This document shows positions 40,201 to 47,390 of a stretch of 64,000 nucleotides of DNA, piece after piece (position 1 is the first letter of the stretch; each line of letters starts with the position of its first letter). Origin of the DNA: a virus. The translations under genes were made by a program, and so were the position numbers. The stretch covers positions 192,001 through 256,000 of IMG/VR virus record IMGVR_UViG_3300045988_171958, one strand, 5' to 3'. A model generated the notes under the pieces. That model did not search any database and was not told the DNA's origin. It saw only the letters and a list, made by a program, of their open reading frames with translations.

Positions 40201-42167
40201 TCATGATTATATGAGAAATGAGCATAAGACAATTCATAAGATAATACATTTTCTAATTCTCTTATTGTATCATCATAATTATACCAGCTATTTATGTCAT
40301 CCATTGTAAACCCATAATCATTAATGTTCACATACCATTTTGAATATGAATATGAATTGTTAGGATCTATCTTTATGAATGTATCATTTAACGACATTAC
40401 TGCATTCTTTTCACTATCTGATGGATTTGTTGAAGTAAATGCTTCACAAGAAGCTTTAGCAATAGCATCACTATATAGCATTGAAGGCATGATTACAGTA
40501 TTGAACTTACAATTAGTTTCAAACTGGCTAGCCATGCTTGTAGATACAGTATAGTTAGCATGCTTCATGACATCATTAGCTACTGAAGTCTTTACAGAGA
40601 ATCTTGGATTTACAAATACCCCAAACTTATCTATTTTTTCATTATCTTTAGTAAGTGCTTTATATATATGAGCAAGATTATGTAGAATGCCATTATAATA
40701 GCATTCATCATTCATTACATTTTCCCAATGAGCACTATCTATCCAAGAACTATCATTTTCTGATATCTTACATAAGCTAAACCAATTATAACCATACTTA
40801 TTCATTATGTTTTCATAATTAGTTGTTATGTTTGAATATCTGTCATTATATTTGTCAATATCTTTTCCTAAAGGAAATATGAGTGAATAATCTTCTGCTA
40901 CAGATGATTTGCCAGATGATACTGTTTCACATATTCCTGAAACAGTATATGATGGTGTAGGAAATTCTCTATATAAGAGATTAGAATACTGGTTGTCGGA
41001 AAATGCAAAAGCAAGATTTATGATGTATGGATTTTCATCTGATGATGCTTGTAACTTCCATCTAGAATACATTTTGCTTATCTTATTAGACAAAGAATAT
41101 TTTTGCATTCTTGCTTCATGTAAGCTAGGATATTTGCTGTCCATTATATTTGGAACATTTCCAGGTATGTAGTTCATCAATCCGGTATTCTTATCCATTC
41201 TAAGGATACTCTGATTTAGTGTATCATAGTCACAACTCCAATCATACCAAGATATTCTGTTTCCATTTGATATGTAATATCCAGATACTTCAACTTGTGC
41301 ACCTTTATATAATGTTTTCTCTGATTGGTCAAGTACTTTATCTAAATCAATACTGAAACACAATGGCAATACTTGTTTCATTGCAATATTCTTTCTTTTG
41401 AATTGTAATCCTAAAGAAAGATCAAAAAGATTTATAGTTGACATAGAGGATAGCATGTTACCTATTTCATTAGATATCGCGGTAGCTATGCCACCATGGT
41501 TCAAATCAATTCCATTGTATGTTGCATTTTTATTGTCAGCTGAAATATTTGCTACTTTAGAATCAATACAAGATTTATAAGAATCAAGATAATGGAATAG
41601 ATAGTTTCTCTTATCTTTTGAGTGATCCATTATATTGACTTTCATTCTCTTATACAGTTTTTTGTCTTTGTTGATGAATATCATATCTATAATGAATGCA
41701 TCAGGTAAGTCATTTGGATCATCTACATATATAGGTGCAAAAAATTCAAATTTATGGTTATTCTTCACATTCAATACTCTACTGCAACCCATTTCCAAAT
41801 CTATGTTTCTATCATAAATTGGATTTAACTTATCAAAATTCTGAACATTGGTTTCATCAAAAGACATTCCATTACTGAAGAAAACATTATTGTAATATTT
41901 ATAGTATTCTTTCAGGTCATAAGAGTAGTTTGAAGATAGAAGATTAGCTTCTATTTTCTTATCATATATTGTATGAGACAATGGAGACAGCACAGCACCT
42001 CTTACAAAGCAATCATATACATCATATTCTTTATCTGTTGATTTGATATAATCTGATGTTGTGCAAACTATTTTGACATTTCCACTATATGTAGGAATGA
42101 CTCTTATTAATGGCTTTATCATTAAAGTAGGACAATATTTGTTTTTCTGATATTTAAAAATTGACAA
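37245..42167 (-). CDS. giant protein (1640 aa), presumed virion (baseplate/fiber) component
   Basis: Uninterrupted 4.9 kb ORF. The annotated start is TTG (MSI.., like the MSI.. start of the downstream giant gene). The first ATG would be at 42122. Confidence 0.55.
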   Translation of the reverse strand: MSIFKYQKNKYCPTLMIKPLIRVIPTYSGNVKIVCTTSDYIKSTDKEYDVYDCFVRGAVLSPLSHTIYDKKIEANLLSSNYSYDLKEYYKYYNNVFFSNGMSFDETNVQNFDKLNPIYDRNIDLEMGCSRVLNVKNNHKFEFFAPIYVDDPNDLPDAFIIDMIFINKDKKLYKRMKVNIMDHSKDKRNYLFHYLDSYKSCIDSKVANISADNKNATYNGIDLNHGGIATAISNEIGNMLSSMSTINLFDLSLGLQFKRKNIAMKQVLPLCFSIDLDKVLDQSEKTLYKGAQVEVSGYYISNGNRISWYDWSCDYDTLNQSILRMDKNTGLMNYIPGNVPNIMDSKYPSLHEARMQKYSLSNKISKMYSRWKLQASSDENPYIINLAFAFSDNQYSNLLYREFPTPSYTVSGICETVSSGKSSVAEDYSLIFPLGKDIDKYNDRYSNITTNYENIMNKYGYNWFSLCKISENDSSWIDSAHWENVMNDECYYNGILHNLAHIYKALTKDNEKIDKFGVFVNPRFSVKTSVANDVMKHANYTVSTSMASQFETNCKFNTVIMPSMLYSDAIAKASCEAFTSTNPSDSEKNAVMSLNDTFIKIDPNNSYSYSKWYVNINDYGFTMDDINSWYNYDDTIRELENVLSYELSYAHFSYNHEIANTTFNDAFNLFKSENIYKLTTSDSIDDIINTYKASSYEMLPIHILKMMVDDTSSYLSYIKIGGPLSYVSYKYGIKVHNGSSPIDPYNDDFVNGKNYQSYVFAPGYDISTYDLITDPNKKFLSYTLENYITGSTSTYSIEKENPYSYYWYQYTDFDIWQDPMVKQICISSKNDKKIRNQVGFTYYIPEENIESHRREGFSYSYILLQPSSLINTQYGFNLYREGEFFNEKWIKMLDATDTDQIAYYYLTGLKSNSKADNYDLTYFNVVGKPAYNFRMALKNIYKDTSYYLTKHLSSKSKYTFMPVVYGDNEVCATNIFIKKDPELNFYGDTMNDEDKDKDIDVIWCDVYNFRRVLLKSGISEDKVQERLSYIKRMKAKFLNKEHLYWWYNELCKDYNYDYPVDIIENWYDYLYVKQRIMANDSDDKIQIVDAYTKLKNIHGMEEQITISGKKVDNPYRIFNYFYDRIEYKGNGIWKFRHSDEDDFDVNSYEIVFSINVTRLDDTIYDKVMKIEKDDSSEYRDIYLYRLEKTDEWERNMLSSEYKISYNVQTKVEECDPVGHVLIPLFNDIYAQEKEDTIIYAHYLLNDLMKTKVNKKGDTWYLYRYNTNNVNWMIEINEQTVNNLKKLYGDPIIYSNYDSVNVQLDNFRYDDLGYGIENFGTIKKDGTNYGFWIINIDADNTTSTFNVIAQYNISNVPDIPTYTYDNKIKLIKYVNGVDINVRKDYIFKVFKQMLPFFKVQPSVIFDRLITITKPSNFRFIMRYKESNCTVDDPNVEVSETDVTIAKSNTYLQYNRYFGNIVPLINRVTSVSDQWLLKFKDTIENTNRIVETGKYPSIGDSVIYKTSLQLDMRNSTPIYVPSKNNVIKDYNNRKKDKNGQEIRIKLLEQKHFNDSAIVYCDDTLEWSTNKLYSYNEVVNRSTEEQAYAIFLMLNRGTLIDDMNEDQKLFLFNRYDYKVTSTPMKLNSLNSDKLYKIHYKFVLK

Positions 42168-42249
42168 TACTGTTTATTAATATTATTTAACATTTAAAAT
42201 ATGTCTGGTATCTATTTTTGTCTTTATTTTAATATAAGAAAATTAAAAT

Positions 42250-42486
42250 TGAACTTTAAATGAAGTCACTCAAACTACATAGCGTCTCATCAGTGAAACA
42301 ATCTTTTGGTTGCTTCTTATCTTGGTGCGGCAGTATGCCTTGTGGGTTTAGACATTCATAGTAAAGTTCGTGATAGAGGAATTGTATCTGATCACGAATT
42401 AGTGAACGGAACAATTCTTATTTTATTAGATGAATATTGATTGAGAAGAAGTTCCGTATACAATTAGGAATTTTTTCTCATTTTTT
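42250..42486 (+). ncRNA. candidate structured non-coding RNA upstream of the tRNA operon promoter
   Basis: No credible ORF. Stems are ttcgtgat/atcacgaa (42367-42398), cggaac/gttccg (42407-42456) and tgagaa/ttctca, followed by T6 (42442-42486). Confidence 0.3.
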
Positions 42487-42497
42487 GTATATAAAAG

Positions 42498-42528
42498 TTT
42501 GAAATATTCCTTATAGATTCTATATTAT
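42498..42528 (+). promoter_or_regulatory. promoter-like box heading the tRNA array
   Basis: tttgaaatattccttatagattctatattat lies about 150 nt upstream of tRNA-Phe. Confidence 0.5.
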
Positions 42529-42676
42529 ATATGTAATTACTTAATAAACAATTACAATACATGAAATAAGATCCAGAACTTAATACTTCTGAGTTGGTAG
42601 GTGACCAATAGCTTAAGGATATAAAGCAATTCATGCTAACAGGATTTTCTAGAGATCCGTAATTTGTTTATTAATT

Positions 42677-42749
42677 GGGTAAATAGCTCCAATGGTAGAG
42701 CACTAGATTGAAGATCTAGGTGTTGTTGGTTCGAATCCATCTTTACCCA
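42677..42749 (+). tRNA. tRNA-Phe (GAA)
   Basis: Hand-folded: acceptor gggtaaa/tttaccc, anticodon stem ctaga/tctag, loop ttGAAga, T-loop ttcgaat. Confidence 0.85.
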
Positions 42750-42761
42750 CAAAAATTATTT

Positions 42762-42835
42762 GGTTCTATAGCTCAGATGAATAGAGCAGGATTCTTCTAA
42801 AATCCGGGTCATGGGTTTGAATCCCATTGGAACCA
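42762..42835 (+). tRNA. tRNA-Arg (TCT)
   Basis: Acceptor ggttcta/tggaacc, D arm gctc..gagc, anticodon stem ggatt/aatcc, loop ctTCTaa. Confidence 0.85.
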
Positions 42836-42865
42836 CTAATTAAGTTCTTTGAAATATTTATTTAA

Positions 42866-42951
42866 GTTCCATTAGCTCAGTTGGTTCCGTAAGGCTAGAG
42901 AGCATCCGACTTTTAATCGGAGGGTCACGGGTTCGAGCCCCGTATGGAACA
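42866..42951 (+). tRNA. tRNA-Lys (TTT) with enlarged 21-nt D-loop
   Basis: Acceptor gttccat/atggaac, anticodon stem tccga/tcgga, loop ctTTTaa, T-loop ttcgagc, genomic CCA follows. The D-loop agttggt[tccgtaaggc]taga carries about 10 extra nt. Confidence 0.8.
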
Positions 42952-43276
42952 CCATGGTAGTCAAGAGATCTCTGCTGAGAATGAATAAAGAATGAGAAGC
43001 TCATCATCATTAACATCTGGATAATCAACAGATTTATGTGAATACCTCTGTTGGTCGTATGTAAGAGGTTTAATTTGGACAAGACCAAGAATTACATAGA
43101 CAACTTTGCATGGGCACCGGAAAAAGATCGAGAGATAATTAATGATGAATAACAAAGTTATTTAAACAAACCGTCCTAATTTGTTTGGTAACAGGTTGTT
43201 ATTGTTGAATCATATCATTGAAGTAGCTAATCAATTGAAGAAGGGAACAGCAATTGAAATACCAAATCCCTTGTAT

Positions 43277-43361
43277 GGAAGTATGGGTGAGTGGTTTAAA
43301 CCAGCACACTGCTAACGTGCCGAACCTAAAGGTTCCGAAGGTTCGAATCCTTCTGCTTCCG
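43277..43361 (+). tRNA. tRNA-Ser (GCT)
   Basis: Acceptor ggaagta/tgcttcc, loop ctGCTaa, long variable arm cgaacctaaaggttccg, T arm gaagg-ttcgaat-ccttc. Confidence 0.8.
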
Positions 43362-43377
43362 CGAGAAATTTATGATT

Positions 43378-43465
43378 GGAAGTTTGGTAGAGTTGGTTTA
43401 ATACATCAGTCTTGAAAACTGACGAACTGTAAAAAGTTCCGCAGGTTCGAATCCTGCAGCTTCCG
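43378..43465 (+). tRNA. tRNA-Ser (TGA)
   Basis: Acceptor ggaagtt/agcttcc, anticodon stem tcagt/actga, loop ctTGAaa, long variable arm, T arm gcagg-ttcgaat-cctgc. Confidence 0.85.
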
Positions 43466-43480
43466 CAAATGTATATATAA

Positions 43481-43551
43481 CTGCCATTGTCCGAGTGGTT
43501 AGGTGTAGGTCCGCAAAATCTACAACATTGGTTCGAATCCAATATGGCAGT
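43481..43551 (+). tRNA. tRNA-Cys (GCA)
   Basis: Acceptor ctgccat/atggcag, anticodon stem taggt/atcta, loop ccGCAaa (C33 is unusual), T arm attgg-ttcgaat-ccaat. The D arm is weak. Confidence 0.7.
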
Positions 43552-43558
43552 CATTACA

Positions 43559-43759
43559 TACAAGAACCAATAATGACATTGAAGTTCATTGAAAGAGATT
43601 GATACGTCGAGTGGACACCATATTCGCGATATAATGTTGCTCTCCTCAAATAGAAATATTAAGTGGATATATGCTGCAGTAAATATACCCAGTATAAGTT
43701 TTCTATGTTGTCTATAGATATCGATGGCTAAAAGGTCTATAGAAACTCTCGTTCTTGTA
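43559..43759 (+). ncRNA. candidate structured inter-tRNA RNA (between tRNA-Cys and tRNA-Val)
   Basis: 201-nt spacer closed by the 9-bp stem tacaagaac/gttcttgta. No ORF and no tRNA fold. Confidence 0.3.
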
Positions 43760-43763
43760 TTTT

Positions 43764-43838
43764 GGTTCAATAGCTCAGTTGGTTTAGAGCGTCTGTTTTA
43801 CAAGCAGAAGGTCCAAAGTTCGAATCTTTGTTGAACCA
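43764..43838 (+). tRNA. tRNA-Val (TAC)
   Basis: Acceptor ggttcaa/ttgaacc, D arm gctc..gagc, loop ttTACaa, T-loop ttcgaat. Confidence 0.85.
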
Positions 43839-43911
43839 CATAATAAACCGGAGAACTAGCAGTGCCGTGAGAATAAGATCCGATTGCAAAGTCAACCCGG
43901 TTATAGTATAT

Positions 43912-43984
43912 GCAGATGTAGCTCAATGGTTAGAGTGCTTCCTTGCCATGGAAGAAGTTGTGAGTTCGATCCTCATCATCTGCT
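43912..43984 (+). tRNA. tRNA-Gly (GCC)
   Basis: Acceptor gcagatg/catctgc, anticodon stem cttcc/ggaag, loop ttGCCat, T-loop ttcgatc. Confidence 0.85.
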
Positions 43985-43994
43985 CAATATATAT

Positions 43995-44072
43995 GCATCA
44001 GTGGTGTAGTTGGTGGTGCACATCTGGCTTCCAACCAGAAGGCTTTCGCGAGTTCGAATCTCGTCTGATGCT
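43995..44072 (+). tRNA. tRNA-Gly (TCC), 8-nt variable loop
   Basis: Acceptor gcatcag/ctgatgc, anticodon stem tctgg/ccaga, loop ctTCCaa, T arm gcgag-ttcgaat-ctcgt. Confidence 0.8.
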
Positions 44073-44079
44073 CTAATAT

Positions 44080-44167
44080 CTAGGTGTACTCTAATTGGTC
44101 AGAGCCTTGATTTGGGATCAAGTGGATACTGATAAAGTGGATGCAGGTTCGAGTCCTGTCACCTAGA
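44080..44167 (+). tRNA. tRNA-Pro (TGG) with 20-nt variable region
   Basis: Acceptor ctaggtg/cacctag, D arm ctct..agag, anticodon stem cttga/tcaag, loop ttTGGga, T arm gcagg-ttcgagt-cctgt. The variable region tggatactgataaagtggat contains a tggat direct repeat. Confidence 0.7.
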
Positions 44168-44173
44168 CTATAT

Positions 44174-44247
44174 ACACCGATCAGTCAATTGGTTTAGGCT
44201 AGCAGTCTCCAAAATTGCTAATATTGGTTCGATTCCAGTTCGGTGTG
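44174..44247 (+). tRNA. tRNA-Trp (CCA)
   Basis: Acceptor acaccga/tcggtgt, anticodon stem gcagt/attgc, loop ctCCAaa, T-loop ttcgatt, genomic CCA follows. Confidence 0.85.
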
Positions 44248-44277
44248 CCAGTGTTTAATTTTAAATGTTGTTAATAT

Positions 44278-44682
44278 ATGAGTAACATGAGAAATAGAGC
44301 TTGGAGAAGAAAGAAGACTGAATCAAAATGGAATTCTCGTTGTAAGAAGTTCATGTTTGATAGTATTTTTAGAGATGGTGATAAAGAATATTCATTCAAC
44401 ATAAGTGAAGGTAATGGCAAGAAAATCAGACGTACAATAATGATTCCTAATTTGAGAAGACCAACTTCATGGAAAGAAATGAAGAAACTTGATCCGTGGG
44501 CTAGGTTTTTGAAGAATGGTTCTGGATATCGTACTTATATATCAGACCAGATGGATGCTAAGCGAAAAGTTAAGTTGCAACGTATCAACAACAAGAAACT
44601 TATCAATGAAGGAATTCAGGAATATGATGACATATATGATGAAACTTTAGAAGATAATTTCTATCTTAATAATGTAGCATAA
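44278..44682 (+). CDS. small highly basic protein embedded in the tRNA array
   Basis: The ATG ORF has an N-terminus MSNMRNRAWRRKKTESKWNSRCKK.. and lies between tRNA-Trp and tRNA-His. Confidence 0.55.
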   Translation: MSNMRNRAWRRKKTESKWNSRCKKFMFDSIFRDGDKEYSFNISEGNGKKIRRTIMIPNLRRPTSWKEMKKLDPWARFLKNGSGYRTYISDQMDAKRKVKLQRINNKKLINEGIQEYDDIYDETLEDNFYLNNVA

Positions 44683-44693
44683 ATTATGTACAT

Positions 44694-44766
44694 GGGTTCT
44701 TTCGTTCAATGGTAGGACAGGAGGTTGTGGTTCTCCTTATTAGAGTTCGATTCTCTAAGGAACCCC
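44694..44766 (+). tRNA. tRNA-His (GTG)
   Basis: Acceptor gggttct/ggaaccc, anticodon stem ggagg/tctcc, loop ttGTGgt, T-loop ttcgatt. Confidence 0.8.
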
Positions 44767-45149
44767 AAACGTGATCAGAATATACTGGTGATTGGACAAA
44801 AACAATGTAGCTGAGAAGAGTAATGCAATAATACGCGTAAATAATTGCATGAAACATATAATAAGCGCGGATGAAAAAAGCCTTACCTATGGCCGCCTCC
44901 CTACATTTGTATTTTGAATGTCAATGAAACAATAAGTATAAGGTTTGGTAACGCTTATTAAATTAATTGGTTCATTCAAGTTCACTATGCAGTCTGGGCT
45001 TTATAGAGCCTTGTAGTTTAAAGCATCGTAAAACATTCTGGTTATAAGAGAATATATCACCCAAGCGAATTGTCATGAGATTCGTACACCTGCTTAAGAT
45101 GGTTGAATTATGTGGGAAGTAATTCTATAAAATAGGGCATGCCCACAAT

Positions 45150-45223
45150 GGCGTAATAGCTCAGTTGATTAGAGCGCATCATTCATGCTGATGAGGTCGT
45201 TGGTTTGAGTCCATCTTACGCCA
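45150..45223 (+). tRNA. tRNA with CAT anticodon (Met or Ile2; identity not resolvable by eye)
   Basis: Acceptor ggcgtaa/ttacgcc, D arm gctc..gagc, anticodon stem catca/tgatg, loop ttCATgc. Confidence 0.8.
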
Positions 45224-45303
45224 CAGCTTAAACGGACCGAACTTAGTCTTTTATGCATCTTTTCTCTAGGGTAAGGTGTTAAACACCAAAAGAAAAGGCA
45301 CCA

Positions 45304-45386
45304 GGGAATATGCTGTAATTGGTAGCCAGGCCAGACTTAGGATCTGGTGCTTCAATAGCGTGTGGGTTCGAGTCCCACTATTCCCA
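45304..45386 (+). tRNA. tRNA-Leu (TAG)
   Basis: Acceptor gggaata/tattccc, anticodon stem ccaga/tctgg, loop ctTAGga, long variable arm, T arm gtggg-ttcgagt-cccac. Confidence 0.85.
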
Positions 45387-45649
45387 CAATCGTTGAAGTA
45401 ATGTAGTTTATGAAAGTCTAACATTAGTAATGGAAACCTAATGGCCCTCTATGTTATCCTAAAGAGAATAAAGTACGATTAGTAAATGAGTTATGGATCT
45501 GTTTAAACAGATCGCTTCAGAACTTCTAAAGAAGTCAGTAAGTTAGATGAAACCACCATAATATAATATCTGGATAACTATATGTATGGATAGGAATGAA
45601 GTTTTAGGTGCAGACACCGGTAGCGTCACCTTTTGTAATTCCTAGTATT

Positions 45650-45735
45650 GCTCCGATGTTGGAATTGGTAGACAAGATGGACTTAAAATCCATTGGTCAG
45701 TGATGACCGTACGGGTTCGATCCCCGTTCGGAGTA
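45650..45735 (+). tRNA. tRNA-Leu (TAA)
   Basis: Acceptor gctccga/tcggagt (G1.U72), anticodon stem atgga/tccat, loop ctTAAaa, variable arm tggtcagtgatgaccgt, T-loop ttcgatc. Confidence 0.8.
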
Positions 45736-45736
45736 C

Positions 45737-45904
45737 AAATTGATAGCAATCCTGAATAGAGAAGGAAGAAAGACGAGTTATGAAGGTAAGTATGCTTAAA
45801 GCTGCACGTATAATGCAGTGCATACCAAGGATAAATAACTAAAACACACCATATAAACTCTACACGAAGGTCTGATGCAGGAAGTGCGCACTTGCTATCA
45901 ATTT
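45737..45904 (+). ncRNA. candidate structured inter-tRNA RNA (between tRNA-Leu TAA and tRNA-Leu CAA)
   Basis: 168-nt spacer closed by the perfect 13-bp stem aaattgatagcaa/ttgctatcaattt. Nested inside are the helices gtatgc..gcatac and ctgca..tgcag. Confidence 0.35.
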
Positions 45905-45913
45905 ATTTTTATT

Positions 45914-45997
45914 GCTTTCATGGCGGAATTGGTAGACGCAACTGTCTCAAAAACAGCTGATAGAAATATCATGAAGGTTCGAGTCCTTCTGGAAGTA
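45914..45997 (+). tRNA. tRNA-Leu (CAA)
   Basis: Acceptor gctttca/tggaagt (with G.U pairs), loop ctCAAaa, variable arm tgatagaaatatcat, T arm gaagg-ttcgagt-ccttc. Confidence 0.75.
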
Positions 45998-46031
45998 CTT
46001 ATTATTCAATTAAACAATTATTTTATTTTAC

Positions 46032-47033
46032 ATGAGATTACCTTTGGTGCCACTTTCAGAATGGGTATTGAATAGACAGAATGAATTTGAATTAAAATTA
46101 TTTGAATCATTCAGACAAGAATTCAATATAAGAGACAATGAAGAATTTAATATTTGTGAAAGATATGGGTCTTATGATGGACAAATGAAATTCTGTAGAG
46201 ACTTTGCAACAATGTTGTCAGAAGACATACAAGACAATCTTAATATGACTGATTTTAGATATGACTTAAATAAAGAAGAAATTAAAGATTATTATAAAGG
46301 ATTGTTTTTTGACAATATTCACTTGATATGTAATACAATGTGTCAGACAGGATATCAAGCAAGAAAATCTGAATATAATCCAAAAACCCTTACATTTAAA
46401 GATGTATATATCTATATAAACATCAAGGAATACAATAAAGAAAAGGACATTACTGTTGCACTTACTCATGAGCTTACACATGCTTATGATGATTGGAACA
46501 GACACTCAAAAGAAGGAGTTGAAACATTACTTGATATTGAGAAAAACACAGGATATGATAAATTAATTGATAAGATAAAGTCAAGTGATTTCAATGAAAA
46601 GATTGCATCTGAAATGATTTATACATTCACTTCAGTAGAAAAGAATGCTTACATGTCAGAATTGACCGCTGAAATAGAAAGTATAGGGGAAAAAATCAAA
46701 GATTATACATATATGGATGCGTTAAAAATATTTAAGAATTCAGATACATGGAAAAGATTCAATCAATTCAAAGAATATTTTATGTTGATGAATAATGAAG
46801 AAAAGAAAGTATTGTGTGATGTATACAGAGAAATAAAGAAATCAAGCAATACAGACAATAAGATATTAAAACAATTGAAATATGATATACAAGAAACATT
46901 TGATAAGATGTGTACTATCATACCAAAGATTTACTATTATTACAAAGAAAAGTATTCAAATAAAGAAATAAAGAAAGAAAAAGTAAGTGAATCAAGATTA
47001 AATAGAATAAAGAAAAGATTTAACATAATTTAA
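46032..47033 (+). CDS. hypothetical HExxH protein embedded in the tRNA array
   Basis: The ATG ORF contains a zinc-metallopeptidase-like HELTH motif (ALTHELTHAYDDW). Confidence 0.55.
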   Translation: MRLPLVPLSEWVLNRQNEFELKLFESFRQEFNIRDNEEFNICERYGSYDGQMKFCRDFATMLSEDIQDNLNMTDFRYDLNKEEIKDYYKGLFFDNIHLICNTMCQTGYQARKSEYNPKTLTFKDVYIYINIKEYNKEKDITVALTHELTHAYDDWNRHSKEGVETLLDIEKNTGYDKLIDKIKSSDFNEKIASEMIYTFTSVEKNAYMSELTAEIESIGEKIKDYTYMDALKIFKNSDTWKRFNQFKEYFMLMNNEEKKVLCDVYREIKKSSNTDNKILKQLKYDIQETFDKMCTIIPKIYYYYKEKYSNKEIKKEKVSESRLNRIKKRFNII

Positions 47034-47096
47034 CTAAATAATATTGTCCACTTTACTATTTATATATTATATTTAAATGAATAAATGAATAAAACA

Positions 47097-47210
47097 ATGA
47101 GAACTATCACAAATACATATTATCAAATAATTGATGAACAGGCCATTGATAATCAACGAATGGTTTGCTCTTGTTTTGGTATATGTGAAAGTGATGAGAT
47201 TGACTTTTAA
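47097..47210 (+). CDS. possible small protein (37 aa, MRTITNTYYQIIDEQ..CSCFGICESDEIDF)
   Basis: Short ATG ORF not in the track, followed by a hairpin/T-run at 47254-47286. Confidence 0.25.
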   Translation: MRTITNTYYQIIDEQAIDNQRMVCSCFGICESDEIDF

Positions 47211-47253
47211 ATACGTCCTCCACTGTTTAAACATTCAACAATACAATCAAGAC

Positions 47254-47286
47254 AAGAGCAATACAGAAATGTGTTGCTCTTTGTTG
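47254..47286 (+). terminator. hairpin + T-rich tail
   Basis: aagagcaa-tacagaaatgtg-ttgctctt followed by tgttg. Confidence 0.4.
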
Positions 47287-47358
47287 ATTTAGCTTCAGCT
47301 GTACTGAAGCATGAAGTACTAAAAAAGTTGATAAAAAATGAAAATTTTTTGAAAGATC

Positions 47359-47390
47359 TTTGAAATACTGATAAATCAAATCTATATTAT
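47359..47390 (+). promoter_or_regulatory. promoter-like box
   Basis: tttgaaatactgataaatcaaatctatattat upstream of 47435 and the second tRNA sub-cluster. Confidence 0.45.

Noticed and set aside
31031-42167. My first impression was a crAss-like phage, with the two giant ORFs as virion RNA polymerase or cargo proteins next to a tRNA array.
   Set aside because: The window encodes a clear contractile tail sheath and tube plus gp20/gp21/gp23/gp46/gp47-like genes, so it is a myovirus with T4-type core genes. I found no DxDGD-type polymerase motif in either giant protein.
43312-43770. Track ORFs overlapping tRNA genes (42858-43088, 42961-43155 and 43312-43770 on the - strand; 43828-44076, 45875-46075 and 47653-47844).
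   Set aside because: They run through well-folded tRNA genes and spacers and have no supporting features.
43839-43911. HDV-like (theta-type) or hammerhead ribozymes directly downstream of tRNA 3' ends, for example the 73-nt Val-Gly spacer and the 80-nt Met-Leu spacer at 45224-45303.
   Set aside because: I tried to place P1/P2/P3/P1.1/P4 by hand and found no consistent nested double pseudoknot. No CUGAUGA..GAAA hammerhead core is present. A covariance-model scan could still overturn this.
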